Below, in pieces: positions 34,997 through 47,686 of a stretch of 64,000 bases of DNA. A program made the translations under genes and the position numbers. The number at the start of each line of letters is the position of its first letter. The stretch's first letter is position 1. Source of the stretch: Macrostomum hystrix (lineage: Eukaryota > Animalia > Platyhelminthes); contig CATNEN010000025.1 in the NCBI GenBank assembly GCA_950097015.1, forward strand, positions 2,852,001 through 2,916,000, in the 5' to 3' direction. The notes under the pieces were generated by a model. It was not told where the DNA came from. It worked only from the letters and a program-made list of their open reading frames with translations, and did not search any database.

Positions 34997-36026
34997 TAAC
35001 TGTTGAGTAAGAGAGAAATAACATGAACAGTTATACCTCAATGCAAATAAGCTTGCGGATCACATAAAACAAAAATCGGCAAAATAAAAAACTTACTATT
35101 TTTCTTCCCCTTTCGCCCTCCACGGCGACGGCGGCGTCCAACGGGGCCTCCAAAAAAGTTATTAATGATTTTCATTTTATTACAGGACTTAGAAATTTTT
35201 ATATGCTTTATGTGAGTCTAGCTGCGGCTGCTCTGTTACGAGCTCTTATATGGGGCACACGAGCGCAGTTTTGGCGGGGTGGGTTGACAATTTTTTTGCT
35301 GTTATAATTGCATAAATTATTCTTTAATGGCTTTGATCTAACAGGTACAGCAATTATTAGGTGTTAAGTTATAAAGGTGAGCTTTGCGGTAATTTATTAC
35401 TGAGCTTTACTGATTGGCTGTAGAATGAGGCGAACTTACCGCAACCGCTAAAGCTGTAGGTCTAAGAGCTGATTATGGTCCAGTAAAAAACGTTTAGCTT
35501 TTCCAACGTAGTTAATTTGTCATCAAATTAGATCGTAAATAATGGCCAGGTAGAACATTTTCGCTTTCTCAACTAATTTATCTGTTATCTGATTAAAAAG
35601 CCATGTTTTGACAGACCATTTTAGCCTCTGCCCCACCTTAGTCCGAACAGTTACAGGTACACGTTGTCCGGGCTCAGCCAATCAAAACTGATAAGTTATT
35701 GCAGGAGAAAAGTTTTTTATTGGACTGATCTCAATAATTAATTAGCTATCAAATTAAAGTAGCTTTCATAATACAAAGATTTAAGCCGCTGCTCCACCGC
35801 AGTGTAATTACAGGTGCAAATTGTCAAGTACAGCAATTAAAACTGATAAGCTTTTACGGCCGTTGAAAACTGTTTTTATAGCTCTGATCTTGTCAAACTG
35901 CAACTAAAACCCACCTTTCTCTCTGTCTAAATCAGCATTCAAGCTAAGTCGTTTTTCAACTGTTCAAACTTTTCATTTCATTTTTTCAACAAATTTTCAT
36001 ACAATTTCTTTGTTCTCTCTTTAGCA

Positions 36027-37481
36027 ATGGCAACCGGCAGCACAACTCCGAAGAAGAGCAAGCTGAGCATCGCGGCTCTCGTGCCCGGCCTGATGGACGG
36101 TGCTGTAATCGGCCTGGTGTCCCGACTGACGGAGCTCAAGGACTACACCAACGCCAAAGGAAACGGCCAGGTATTTTCCTTCGTTTTGGCGGATGACCAG
36201 AAGGAAATTCGCGTGAGTGTTTTCGGTCGCGACTTGAAAAATCACCACGACCTGTGCCAAGACGCAACCGCTGTACGAGTGTCTGGTGGTTGGGTGAAGT
36301 CCGCGAATCCGGCCTACAATTCTGCTGACAACGAGTTCGAGATGACTCTGTCAGTAGACAAGAATGCGACCCTCATGGCGACCCAAGAGAGCGTGGATCG
36401 GCCACCTGCTGTCTACAAAAAAATTGGTGACCTGTCTGCTGTTGCCATGCAAAAGTAAGTGTTTTAGAATATATCAAGTCTTTTATTACTGACGCAGTCT
36501 GCTTAATAGTGCACTTTCGCCCTGCCCAAACAGGAAAGTTGACATCCGAGGTGTGATAAAGAGCACCGAACCGCCAAAGGAGGTCCAAAGAAAGAGAGGG
36601 CCTCCCGTCAACTTGGCCAAAGTAACGCTGGTCGACGACTCCGCGTCCTCCGTATCCTGCACATTCTGGGCAAACAGCTCGGCTCAGGTGAACAACTGGG
36701 CCGTAGGCGACACCTTGGAAATTCAAGGGGCCCAGGTCCAAGCGTATGGCCAAGCGGTTGCGCTGAACTGCTCTAAAGCAGATGTTAGCCACCTCCATGC
36801 CAACGACTCAGATCTGACGGAATGGTTCGAGGAGGCGCTGTCCAGCCAGCGATGTTTCGAGTCGGTCCGTGTCCATGTCCAAGCAACTGAGCATGCGAGC
36901 CAAGCTGCACATGATGAAATTGTGTTGCAGTGCTCCGACCGCATGTTTGCGGGCTACGAGAGCATAAATAAAATACGAGTGCGTTGTGGAGGCAAAGAGG
37001 TATTCCTTTTCTTTCTTATGAACTATGAGCTTATGAGCTTTATGAGTCAAACTCCGCCCGCGGACCAGATGCGGCTCTCAATTCTCCGTCAACTTAATTT
37101 ATCTTGAAGATTGAAAAGGAGCATGTTGCCCCTTCCGACACCTACAGTATATCCTTTCAGCTCTCCCCGGTCTCATCTGTTCCTGTCTTATCTTCCCTAT
37201 CTGTTTCACATCACCCCTATTTCATATTTCTACAGTCAATGTGTAGAAATTGTTTTTTAGATTCTCTCTTTGGCCCGCTAGCGAATAAGTTTGCCTGAAT
37301 AAGTATGAATAAGTATACGTCTAAACTATACAGTCTAAAGTTAAATGATTAAAATTCATCAAATTACCCTTTTCCGCAGATAACCTTCATTCGAGACTGG
37401 CGCGCTGCAGTCTTCACTCAGTCGGGCCTACCAATGTCGACACAAATCACTGACCCGTCACAGATGTCCACAGATGGTTGA
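36027..37481 (+). CDS. RPA70-like ssDNA-binding protein (OB folds A and B), carried by Helitron 1
   Basis: Exon 36027-36454 (NAKGNGQVFSFVLADDQKEIRVSVFG...VKSANPAYNSADNEFEMT, RPA70 DBD-A pattern). Exon from 36534 (VDIRGVI...VTLVDDSASSVSCTFWA...LEIQGAQV, DBD-B pattern). Tentative donor at 37000 and last exon 37380-37481. Confidence 0.85.
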
Positions 37482-37543
37482 GGAGCACATTTAGCGGTAT
37501 GAATTCTTTTTGCATACTTCTGAGGTGCCTGAAGTGAAGCCAG

Positions 37544-40500
37544 CACAAGTTGAGCCACCTGATATGTAAATGGTGTTTAACACCATGGGCCCATGGAAGG
37601 CATATCAGTTCAAATCCTGTTACAGTGGCACTAAAAACCTTAAAAACAAGTGCACCACCATAGTTAAAGCCATTTAGTCAGATTATTACCAGCCAAAATC
37701 TGAAGCATATAAAAACTAGCACCTATAATATAACAATTTTCGTTAAAGACAATTCAGTGCAGATATATTATGGCTAAAAATAATTGAGCGTTTTATGTGC
37801 GAAAATTGCAAGCAAAAGCTTGAAAAAAATTAGACAAATATAGATTAGCTAGAAATAATTGAGCACTTCATGTGCGAAAATTGCAAGCAAAAGCTTGAAA
37901 AAAATTAGACAAATATAGATTAGCTAGAAATAATTGAGCACTTCATGTGCGAAAATTGCAAGCAAAAGCTTGAAAAAAATTAGACAAATATAGATTAGCT
38001 AGAAATAATTGAGCACTTCATGTGCGAAAATTGCAAGCAAAAGCTTGAAAATAAAATGTAGACAAATATAGATTAGCATTGTAAGGTTTCGTGCCACTGT
38101 AGTGAGAGCAGGTTGGCTGCATAGTGTGGGCCCTGAGAAGCAGTTGAAAAGTACATGTTCGCTACTTTCATGATCCATACTTTCTTCTGCTTAAACTGGA
38201 GAGACTATGCAGCCATGGTCTGAAGTAGCCTTAGCAGACCTGTAGGCTCCTTGTGATGCTTAATTCGAGAGTAAACAGCTGTTCCCAGCTGCTGAGTGTG
38301 CTGAGTGCATTGCTTAGCCCCCATGCATGTCTCCCACGATGCGGAGTTGAAGCCAGCAAGCAGAAAGACTGACACCTGAGAATAGATCCATTTGATCAAA
38401 CTGTGCAGGGTTTCTGGTCTTGCTGGTGGCAAACTCTGCAGAAGCATCTGCCCAACCCCCCACCTCACTACTGATTTGAATGTCACTGAAATATGAGAAT
38501 GAGTTTGCTGTTATTAACTGGCATAAAGTGGATTGATTGCTACATTTCTTATTTTACTATTATTGACCTCTCAAATTCAATCTTCCATGCGGAGTTGAAG
38601 CCAGCAAGCAGAAAGACTGACACCTGAGAATAGATCCATTTGATCAAACTGTGCAGGGTTTCTGGTCTTGCTGGTGTCAAACTCTGCAGAAGCATCTGCC
38701 CAACCCCCCACCTCACTACTGATTTGAATGTCACTGAAATATGAGAATGAGTTTGCTGTTATTAACTGGCATAAAGTGGATTGATTGCTACATTTCTTAT
38801 ATTTTACTATTATTGACTTCTCAAATTCAATCTTCCATGCGGAGTTGAAGCCAGCAAGCAGAAAGACTGACACCTGAGAATAGATCCATTTGATCAAACT
38901 GTGCAGGGTTTCTGGTCTTGCTGGTAGCAAACTGCAGAAGCATCTGCCCAACCCCCCACCTCACTACTGATTTGAATGTCACTGAAATATGAGAATGAGT
39001 TTGCTGTTATTAACTGGCATAAAGTGGATTGATTGCTACATTTCTTATTTTATTATTATTGACTTCTCAAATTCAATCTTCCATGCGGAGTTGAAGCCAG
39101 CAAGCAGAAAGACTGACACCTGAGAATAGATCCATTTGATCAAACTGTGCAGGGTTTCTGGTCTTGCTGGTGGCAAACTCTGCAGAAACATCTGCCCAAC
39201 CCCCCACCTCACTACTGATTTGAATGTCACTGAAATATGAGAATGAGTTTGCTGTTATTAACTGGCATAAAGTGGATTGATTGCTACATTTCTTATTTTA
39301 CTATTATTGACTTCTCAAATTCAATCTTCCATGCGGAGTTGAAGCCAGCAAGCAGAAAGACTGACACCTGAGAATAGATCCATTTGATCAAACTGTGCAG
39401 GGTTTCTGGTCTTGCTGGTGTCAAACTCTGCAGAAACATCTGCCCAACCCCCCACCTCACTACTGATTTGAATGTCACTGAAATATGTGAGAATGAGTTT
39501 GCTGTTATTAACTGGCATAAAGTGGATTGATTGCTACATTTCTTATTTTACTATTATTGACTTCTCAAATTCAATCTTCCATGCGGAGTTGAAGCCAGCA
39601 AGCAGAAAGACTGACACCTGAGAATAGATCCATTTGATCAAACTGTGCAGGGTTTCTGGTCTTGCTGGTGTCAAACTCTGCAGAAGCATCTGCCCAACCC
39701 CCCACCTCACTACTGATTTGAATGTCACTGAAATATGAGAATGAGTTTGCTGTTATTAACTGGCATAAAGTGGATTGATTGCTACATTTCTTATTTTACT
39801 ATTATTGACTTCTCAAATTCAATCTTCCATGCGGAGTTGAAGCCAGCAAGCAGAAAGACTGACACCTGAGAATAGATCCATTTGATCAAACTGTGCAGGG
39901 TTTCTGGTCTTGCTGGTGTCAAACTCTGCAGAAGCATCTGCCCAACCCCCCACCTCACTACTGATTTGAATGTCACTGAAATATGTGAGAATGAGTTTGC
40001 TGTTATTAACTGGCATAAAGTGGATTGATTGCTACATTTCTTATTTTACTATTATTGACTTCTCAAATTCAATCTTCCATGCGGAGTTGAAGCCAGCAAG
40101 CAGAAAGACTGACACCTGAGAATAGATCCATTTGATCAAACTGTGCAGGGTTTCTGGTCTTGCTGGTGTCAAACTCTGCAGAAGCATCTGCCCAACCCCC
40201 CACCTCACTACTGATTTGAATGTCACTGAAATATGTGAGAATGAGTTTGCTGTTATTAACTGGCATAAAGTGGATTGATTGCTACATTTCTTATTTTACT
40301 ATTATTGACTTCTCAAATTCAATCTTCCATGCGGAGTTGAAGCCAGCAAGCAGAAAGACTGACACCTGAGAATAGATCCATTTGATCAAACTGTGCAGGG
40401 TTTCTGGTCTTGCTGGTGTCAAACTCTGCAGAAGCATCTGCCCAACCCCCCACCTCACTACTGATTTGAATGTCACTGAAATATGAGAATGAGTTTGCTG

Positions 40501-41040
40501 TTATTAACTGGCATAAAGTGGATTGATTGCTACATTTCTTCTTATTTTACTATTATTGACTTCTCAAATTCAATCTTCCATGCGGAGTTGAAGCCAGCAA
40601 GCAGAAAGACTGACACCTGAGAATAGATCCATTTGATCAAACTGTGCAGGGTTTCTGGTCTTGCTGGTGTCAAACTCTGCAGAAGCATCTGCCCAACCCC
40701 CCACCTCACTACTGATTTGAATGTCACTGAAATATGAGAATGAGTTTGCTGTTATTAACTGGCATAAAGTGGATTGATTGCTACATTTCTTATTTTACTA
40801 TTATTGACTTCTCAAATTCAATCTTCCACTTGCGGAGTTGAAGCCAGCAAGCAGAAAGACTGACACCTGAGAATAGATCCATTTGATCAAACTGTGCAGG
40901 GTTTCTGGTCTTGCTGGTAGCAAACTCTGCAGAAGCATCTGACTCAGCACCAAATAAGTATATATTTAGACAAAGAACTGTCTAGCTTTGTATTGTAAAA
41001 GACAAAAGAGAATAAATTAAAACATTGTTGCAAGTTATTA
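37544..41040 (+). repeat. Second copy of the 30675-32680 segment
   Basis: Contains the 75-bp x4 array (37779-38078) and the larger 248-bp array. Confidence 0.92.
38339..40940. repeat. About 248-bp tandem repeat, 10 full copies plus a partial
   Basis: Eleven unit starts between 38341 and 40832. Confidence 0.95.
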
Positions 41041-41349
41041 AAGATAAAAAAGATTAAACGCAGGATTCATTCTATATTTTCCTAAAGTTTTGTAGAAGCA
41101 ATTCAAACAAGATAAACTTTTTTGAGTTGATCAGGTGTATTTATTTACTATTTGTTTAAAGTAAATAATTTAACACAAAATTTCTTGAATTGAAGAATGA
41201 AAATGGGAGGCTATTGCCATTTAAAAGTGAAATTTAATAAATGACAGTGCTTTTTGGGTGCTTGGAAAGATTTAGGTACTGAATACTGGCTGAGATGAAG
41301 AAGAGTAACCAGTTTTAGTATGTTATATAATATTATATGATTTGATATA

Positions 41350-41734
41350 GGTAGTTGTTATTTGTCCGGTTAACCGGACAAATAATCAAACGGCTATTTG
41401 TCCGGTTAACGTCCTTCACTGGTGACCCAGTTGACTTTGTAGAAGTATTCATTTTACCGGACAAATAGCTGTTTGATTATTTGTCCGGTTAAATTAAAAC
41501 CAAAACTTTTCAGTGTTGACTATATCTCCTGCATCTTGTTCCAAATTATGCATGTCGGAAGAGATCTTCCCTTTAAGCCAAATTGTTTATATCTAACTAA
41601 TGTCTGTTTGATTTGTATTTTTATCCAACTAAAGAGTAGGGCCAAAGCTAAGTTCCTTTGAAGCGTGAAGTTGTAGCGACTCATTCGAATACTTTACATC
41701 CGGAAGGACATTAACCGGACAAATAACAACTGCC
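41350..41734. mobile_element. MITE with 24-bp TIRs and a 9-bp TSD (probably Mutator/MULE class)
   Basis: Left end GGTAGTTGTTATTTGTCCGGTTAA; right end reverse-complement GGCAGTTGTTATTTGTCCGGTTAA. TTTGATATA flanks both sides (41341-41349 and 41735-41743). Confidence 0.88.
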
Positions 41735-42811
41735 TTTGATATATATAATTTATGATACGTTTTATTTCAGAAATAATGAATATCAACATTTGTTGCGAAT
41801 GAAATGGAATAGTTAATATATATAACTTTATAGCCTGACAAAACAAAATAGCTGTTAAAGTAAATAATATATTTTTAGCATTGTTAGGACATTTTTATCT
41901 GTGAAATAATTAAAAAAGGCAATTAATGATTACAAGTTACACATGCGATGCTCATTGAGTTTAAGAACAGGAAAACATGTACCATGATGGTCAGATTATT
42001 GTTAGCATAGAGGGACAGCCGCTGATCAAGCAAATAGCTTTAACAATGATAGAGCAATATTTGCTTTAACTTTGACAATTTTACTTGTCAATCAGGCATA
42101 AGAGCCAACGTAGCAAATTCGTGCACTTCATTGCTTGGCTATTGCACACAGACAAAATTATAATACCTATTAAGCAATCAAATTAAAAAAATAACTAGAG
42201 TTACACGCCGAAATGAAGTGCAGCTGCATATGGTATTACAGTGTATATGTAAATACAGGAACGCGTAAGAGAGATTTCATCGCAAATTATAGAATGTCTT
42301 CAGAATTTCAACTACCATTTAAAAATAAATTAAATACCAGATTTCTAAGAAAGAATTATTATTTAAATGCATATACCTAACAGTTTTAGAAATAATATTG
42401 CAATCATGAAACAACTGATAACAAATCTTTATCTCTAACAATGAATCTTTATCTCTAGCAATGAATTGAAATATTTTATATAGTCGTCAGAAAAAATTAA
42501 AAATTTTCTTGTTTGTTTAAATACTTAAAATCGTTAGCTGCTAAAAATACTTTTGACTCATTAAAAACAGTTTCTAAAAAAATTGCTGGAATCGATACAT
42601 ATTAAGGCTTAACTTTTTTAATAGAAATTTAGGCTCAGCAATAACAGACCTAGGATATTTAGGCTCAAAATCGACAGAACTCTAAGCTGAGAATCGATAT
42701 ACACAGATATCTAAGTTTAGAATTTAATTATAGTTATCTATTGTCCAATTGTCCAACAAAATACTGTTGGCCTTCAAATAGAGGTCCCCAACGGGGGGCA
42801 AAAATTGCTAG

Positions 42812-43829
42812 TCTTCTAATATACTAAAAATGAAAATCTTGCTTGTATGTTTGCAATCGACTAGCTCCCGAACGGCTCAACCGATTTTCACAATTCCTTC
42901 GCCAAAATATCACAAATGGGCCGGAATCGGTACACGTATTTTTATTAAGCTTAATTCCATTGCCAAGGGGATTAAATATTCGAAAAACAGTTTTAAATAG
43001 GCTTTTCTAATGCATTCTTGTTTTCAGCTTGTGCACAGTGAGGCTCCAGTGCCAACTTTAATGATTGCATCAGAGCCAGTTTTGATAACGCACGCGCGTA
43101 CTGATAAGAACTCACAGGGAGGCTACCCAGAGGGTAGCGAAGGCAGCTAGTCTAATATACTAAAAATGAAAATCTTGCTTGCTTGCTTGCTTGCTTGTAT
43201 GTTTGCAATCGACTAGCTCCCGAACGGCTCAACCGATTTTCGCAATTCCTTCGCCAAAAGATCACAAATGGGCCGGAATCGGTACACGTAATTTTATTAA
43301 GCTTAATTCCATTGCCAAGGGGATTAAATATTCGAAAAACAGTTTTAAATAGTCTTTTCTAATGCATTCTTGTTTTCAGCTTGTGCACAGTGAGGCTCCA
43401 GTGCCAATTTTTATGATTGCATCAGAGCCAGTTTTGATAACGAACTGATAAGAACTCCAGTGAGGCTACCCAGAGGGTAGCGAAGGGAGCTAGTATATAC
43501 TAAAAATGAAAATCTTGCTTGCTTGCTTGCTTGTATGTTTGCAATCGACTAGCTCCCGAACGGCTCAACCGATTTTCAAAATTCTTTCACTAAAAGATCA
43601 CAAATGGGCCGGAATCGGTACACGTAATTTTATTAAGCTTAATTCCATTGCCAAGGGGATTAAATATTCGAAAAACTGTTTTAAATAGGCTTTTCTAATG
43701 CATTCTTGTTTTCAGCTTGTGCACAGTGAGGCTCCAGTGCCAACTTTAATGATTGCATCAGAGCCAATTTTGATAAGGCACTGATAAGAACTCAAGGGAG
43801 GCTACCCAGAGGGTAGCGAAGGCAGCTAG
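42812..43829 (+). mobile_element. Units 8-10: three tandem type A mini-Helitrons (339, 343 and 336 bp)
   Basis: Same sequence family and termini as units 2-6. Confidence 0.92.
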
Positions 43830-45331
43830 TTCTCTCTCTCTCTAAATATACTAATTTTCACGTGTTGTTTGTCTGTCTGTGTGTGTGTGTGTGTGTCAGT
43901 TCGACATCTCCTCCTAGAATACTGGCAACTCAGCGTTGAAACTTATATGGGAAAATGGGAAATTTTCCGAGGAAGGCTATAGGCTATTTTAATTCTGAAA
44001 TTTCAAATTCTATGATCCTCAAAAAAGCAGAAAGGCTATTAAGTAGTATATAGTAGGCAAATGTCCTTCCCGCTGTGATGAAATTGGCCTCGGTTAAATG
44101 AGTTGCGTCAACATTTTGTGCCTATCTGTTTAGTGTATTTTCTCTCCAGTGGAGGGTTGGCAGTCGGTTTGAAAAAAATGGGGCGGAGAGGTGGCCGTAC
44201 GCACATTCTAACTGTCCCTGTGTATTGGCGGAGAGAGGGTGCCGTTAGTCAGTTCTATTGAGGGGTCTGATTTGTTCAATATTGAAGTGCGTACAATGGG
44301 CAGGGCAGAGTTGGCTGAGTTAAAATTCAATTTATAAAATTAGCGGGCCTCTCAGTGTAGGCGGAGAAGAATGTGCTTTAGTAATGTACTTACTAAAAAA
44401 ACTGGCTGCCCTTTGCGCTAAAGGCAATGAAATTTCAACTGTGAATTATTATTTTGCTTTTTAAGATTGGTGGATAAAATTTGTACTGCTGAAAAGAACT
44501 GAGGCGATTTGAGATCAGGCGATCGGAGCCGCGATGGGAGATGAGGCGATGGGAGATGAGGCGATGGGAGATCAGGCGATGGGAGATGTGGCGATGGGAG
44601 ATGAGGCGATGGGAGATGAGGCGATGGGAGATGAGGCGATGGGAGATGAGGCGATGGGAGATCAGGCGATGGGAGATGAGGCGATGGGAGTTGAGGGGAT
44701 GGGAGATCAGGCGATGGGAGATGAGGCGATGGGAGATCAGGCGATGGGAGATGAGGCGATGGGAGATCAGGCGATAGGAGTTGAGGCGATGGTAGATGAG
44801 GCGATGGGAGATGAGGCGATGGGAGATAAGGCGATGGTAGATGAGGCTATGGGAGATCAGGCGATGGGAGATCAGGCGATGGGAGATGAGGCGATGGGAG
44901 ATCAGGCGATGGGAGATGTGGCGACGGGAGATGAGGCAATGAGAAATGAGGCGATGGGAGATCAGGCGATAGGAGATGTGGCGACGGAAGATGAGGCGAT
45001 GGGAGATCAGGCGATGGGAGATGAGGCGATGGGAGATGAGGCGATGGGAGATTAGGCGATGGGAGATGAGGGGATGGGAGATCAGGCGACGGGAGATGAG
45101 GCGATGGGAGATGAGGCGATGGGAGATGAGGCGATGGGAGATGAGGCGATGGGAGATCAGGCGATGGGAGATGAGGTGATGGGTGATCAGGTGATGGGAG
45201 ATGAGGCGATGGGAGATGAGGCGATGGGAGATGAAGCGATGGGAGATGAGGCGATGGGAGATCAGGCGATGGGAGATCAGGCGATGGGAGTTCTCTCCCC
45301 TCAACCTCCTCCGGAGGAGGAGTTTAGCTCG
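43830..45331 (+). mobile_element. Unit 11: non-autonomous Helitron, type C
   Basis: 5' (TC)nTAAATATACTAATTTTCACG and (GTCT/GT)n; 3' CCTCCTCCGGAGGAGG palindrome, agtttag, CTCG. Confidence 0.85.
44533..45289. repeat. 15-bp satellite (GATGGGAGAT(G/C)AGGC), about 50 copies
   Basis: Tandem repeat, purine-rich on the + strand. Confidence 0.95.
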
Positions 45332-45354
45332 TAAATATACTAAAATTCACGTGT

Positions 45355-45385
<31 letters not shown>

Positions 45386-47686
45386 TGTTTATCTCCTCCT
45401 AGAATACTGACAAGTCAACTTTGAAACTTATATGGGAAAATGGGAAATTTTCCTGGTCAGGCTATAGGCTATTTTAATTCTGAAATTTCAAATTCTATGA
45501 TCCTCAAAAAAGCAGAAAGGCTATTAAGTAGTATATAGTAGGCAAATGTCCTTCCCGCTGTGATGAAATTGGCCTCGGTTAAATGAGTTGCGTCAACATT
45601 TTGTGCCTATCTGTTCAGTGTATTTTCTCTCCAGTGGAGGGTTGGCAGTCGGTTTGAAAATGGGGCGGAGAGGAGGCCGTACGCACATTCTAACTGTCCC
45701 TGTGTATTGGCGGAGAGAGGGTGCCGTTAGTCAGTTCTATTGAGGGGTCTGATTTGTTCAATATTGAAGTGCGTACAATGGGCAGGGCAGAGTTGGCTGG
45801 GTTAAAATTCAATTGATAAAATTTGCGGGCCTCTCAGTGTAGGCGGAGAAGAATGTGCTTACTAAACTGGCTGCCCTTTGCAGAAATTTCAACTAAGAAT
45901 ATTATTTTGCTTTTTTAGATTTGTGGATAAAATTTGTACTGCTAGAAACAACTTGAAGTTCTAAATCCAGAGATATAAATTTCATTGCTGAATTCCGAAA
46001 ATTGGGGATGACAAGGGCAAATAAAGTTTTTATACTTTTGCAATGCTTTCAGCTGAGTGTACAGTGTCTCGGCGAGATTGCTAAGGAGAGAGAATTCGCC
46101 ACAATACAGTTTCACACATTCCTATTCTCGAAGGCGGGCTGTTGAATTTTATTTATTGAAATTCGCACCTCTGACTGAGCGGGGCCCGGAGAACTGGCTG
46201 TCGTCAATATTAATGGCTCGGACTTCACCTGTTTTAACGGGTGGGGTTTAATTTAAAGTTGATGGAGTTCGCGCGATATGATTTCTAGCCCCTCAATCTT
46301 ATCCGAAAGTTGTCGTCTATTTTAATTCTGAAGATTCTGGGCATGGTAGCTAAAGAAAAATTGGTCAATTTTGAATTGTTTTCAACAGTTTAGTCGGACA
46401 AAAGGCGGTTTACGCACATTGCTACTTTCAGACATCATTGGGTGAGGAGTTTTTGGTTAGATGAGGCGATGGGAGATGTGGCGACGGGAGATGAGGCAAT
46501 GGGAGTTTAGGCGATGAGAGATGAGGCGATGGGAGATGAGGCGATGGGAGATGAGGCGATGGGAGATGAGGCGATGAAAGATGAGGCGATGGGAGATGAG
46601 GCGATGGGACATCAGGCGATAGGAGATGAGGCGATGGGAGATGAGGCGATGGGAGATGAGGCGATGGGAGATGACGGGATGGGAGATCAGGCGATGGGAG
46701 ATGAGGCGATGGGAGATCAGGCGATGGGAGATCAGGCGATGGGAGATGAGGTGATGGGTGATCAGCTGATGGAAGATGAGGCGATGGGAGATGAGGCGAT
46801 GGGAGATCAGGCGATGGGAGATCAGGCGATGGGAGATGAGGCGATGGGAGATGAGGCGATGGGAGATGAGGCGATGGGAGATGAGGTGATGGGAGATCAG
46901 GAGATGGGAGAACATGCGATGGGAGATCACGTGATGGGAGATGAGACGATGGGAGATGAGGCCATGGGAGATGAGGCGATGGGAGATCAGGCGATGGGAG
47001 ATTAGGCGATGGGAGATGAGGCGATGGGAGATTAGGCGATGGGAGATGAGGCGATGGGAGATGTGGCGATGGGAGATCAGGCGATAGGAGATCAGGCGAT
47101 GGGAGATGAGGCGATTTGAGATGAGACGGTGGGAGATCAGGCGGGGGAAGATCAGGCGATTGGAGTTAAGGCGATGGGAGATGAGGCGATGGGAGATGAG
47201 GCGATGGGAGATGAGGCGATGGGAGATGAGGCGATGGGAGATGAGGCGATGGGAGATGAGGCGATGGGAGATGTGGCGATGGGAGATCAGGCGATAGGAG
47301 ATCAGGCGATGGGAGATGAGGCGATTTGAGATGAGACGGTGGGAGATCAGGCGGGGGAAGATCAGGCGATTGGAGTTAAGGCGATGGGAGATGAGGCGAT
47401 GGGAGATGAGGCGATGGGAGATGAGGCGATGGGAGATGAGGCGATGGGAGATGAGGCGATGGGAGATCAGGCGATGGGAGATGAGGCAATGGGAGATTAG
47501 GCGATGGGAGATCAGGCGACGGGAGATGAGGCGATGGGAGATGAGGCGATGGGAGATGAGGCGATGGGAGATGAGGCGATGGGAGATGAGGCGATGGGAG
47601 ATCAGGCGGGGGAAGATCAGGCGATTGGAGATCAGGCGATGGGAGTTCTCTCCCCTCAACCTCCTCCGGAGGAGGAGTTTAGCTCG
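45332..47686 (+). mobile_element. Unit 12: non-autonomous Helitron, type C
   Basis: Same termini as unit 11; the unique part is near-identical to unit 14. Confidence 0.85.
46460..47645. repeat. 15-bp satellite, about 79 copies
   Basis: Tandem repeat. Confidence 0.95.

Larger units (their letters stand above)
22886..42811 (+). mobile_element. Unit 7: autonomous Helitron 1 (about 19.9 kb)
   Basis: Type A 5' end continues into unique sequence, then the Rep/Hel gene and the RPA-like gene. The first 3' terminus found downstream is ggtcccc-aac-ggggggc-aaaaattg-CTAG at 42811. Confidence 0.8.

Noticed and set aside
21064-43688. Short ORFs MKILLACLLAC... in the mini-Helitrons
   Set aside because: They arise from the (TGCT)n microsatellite, and their length and frame vary between copies.
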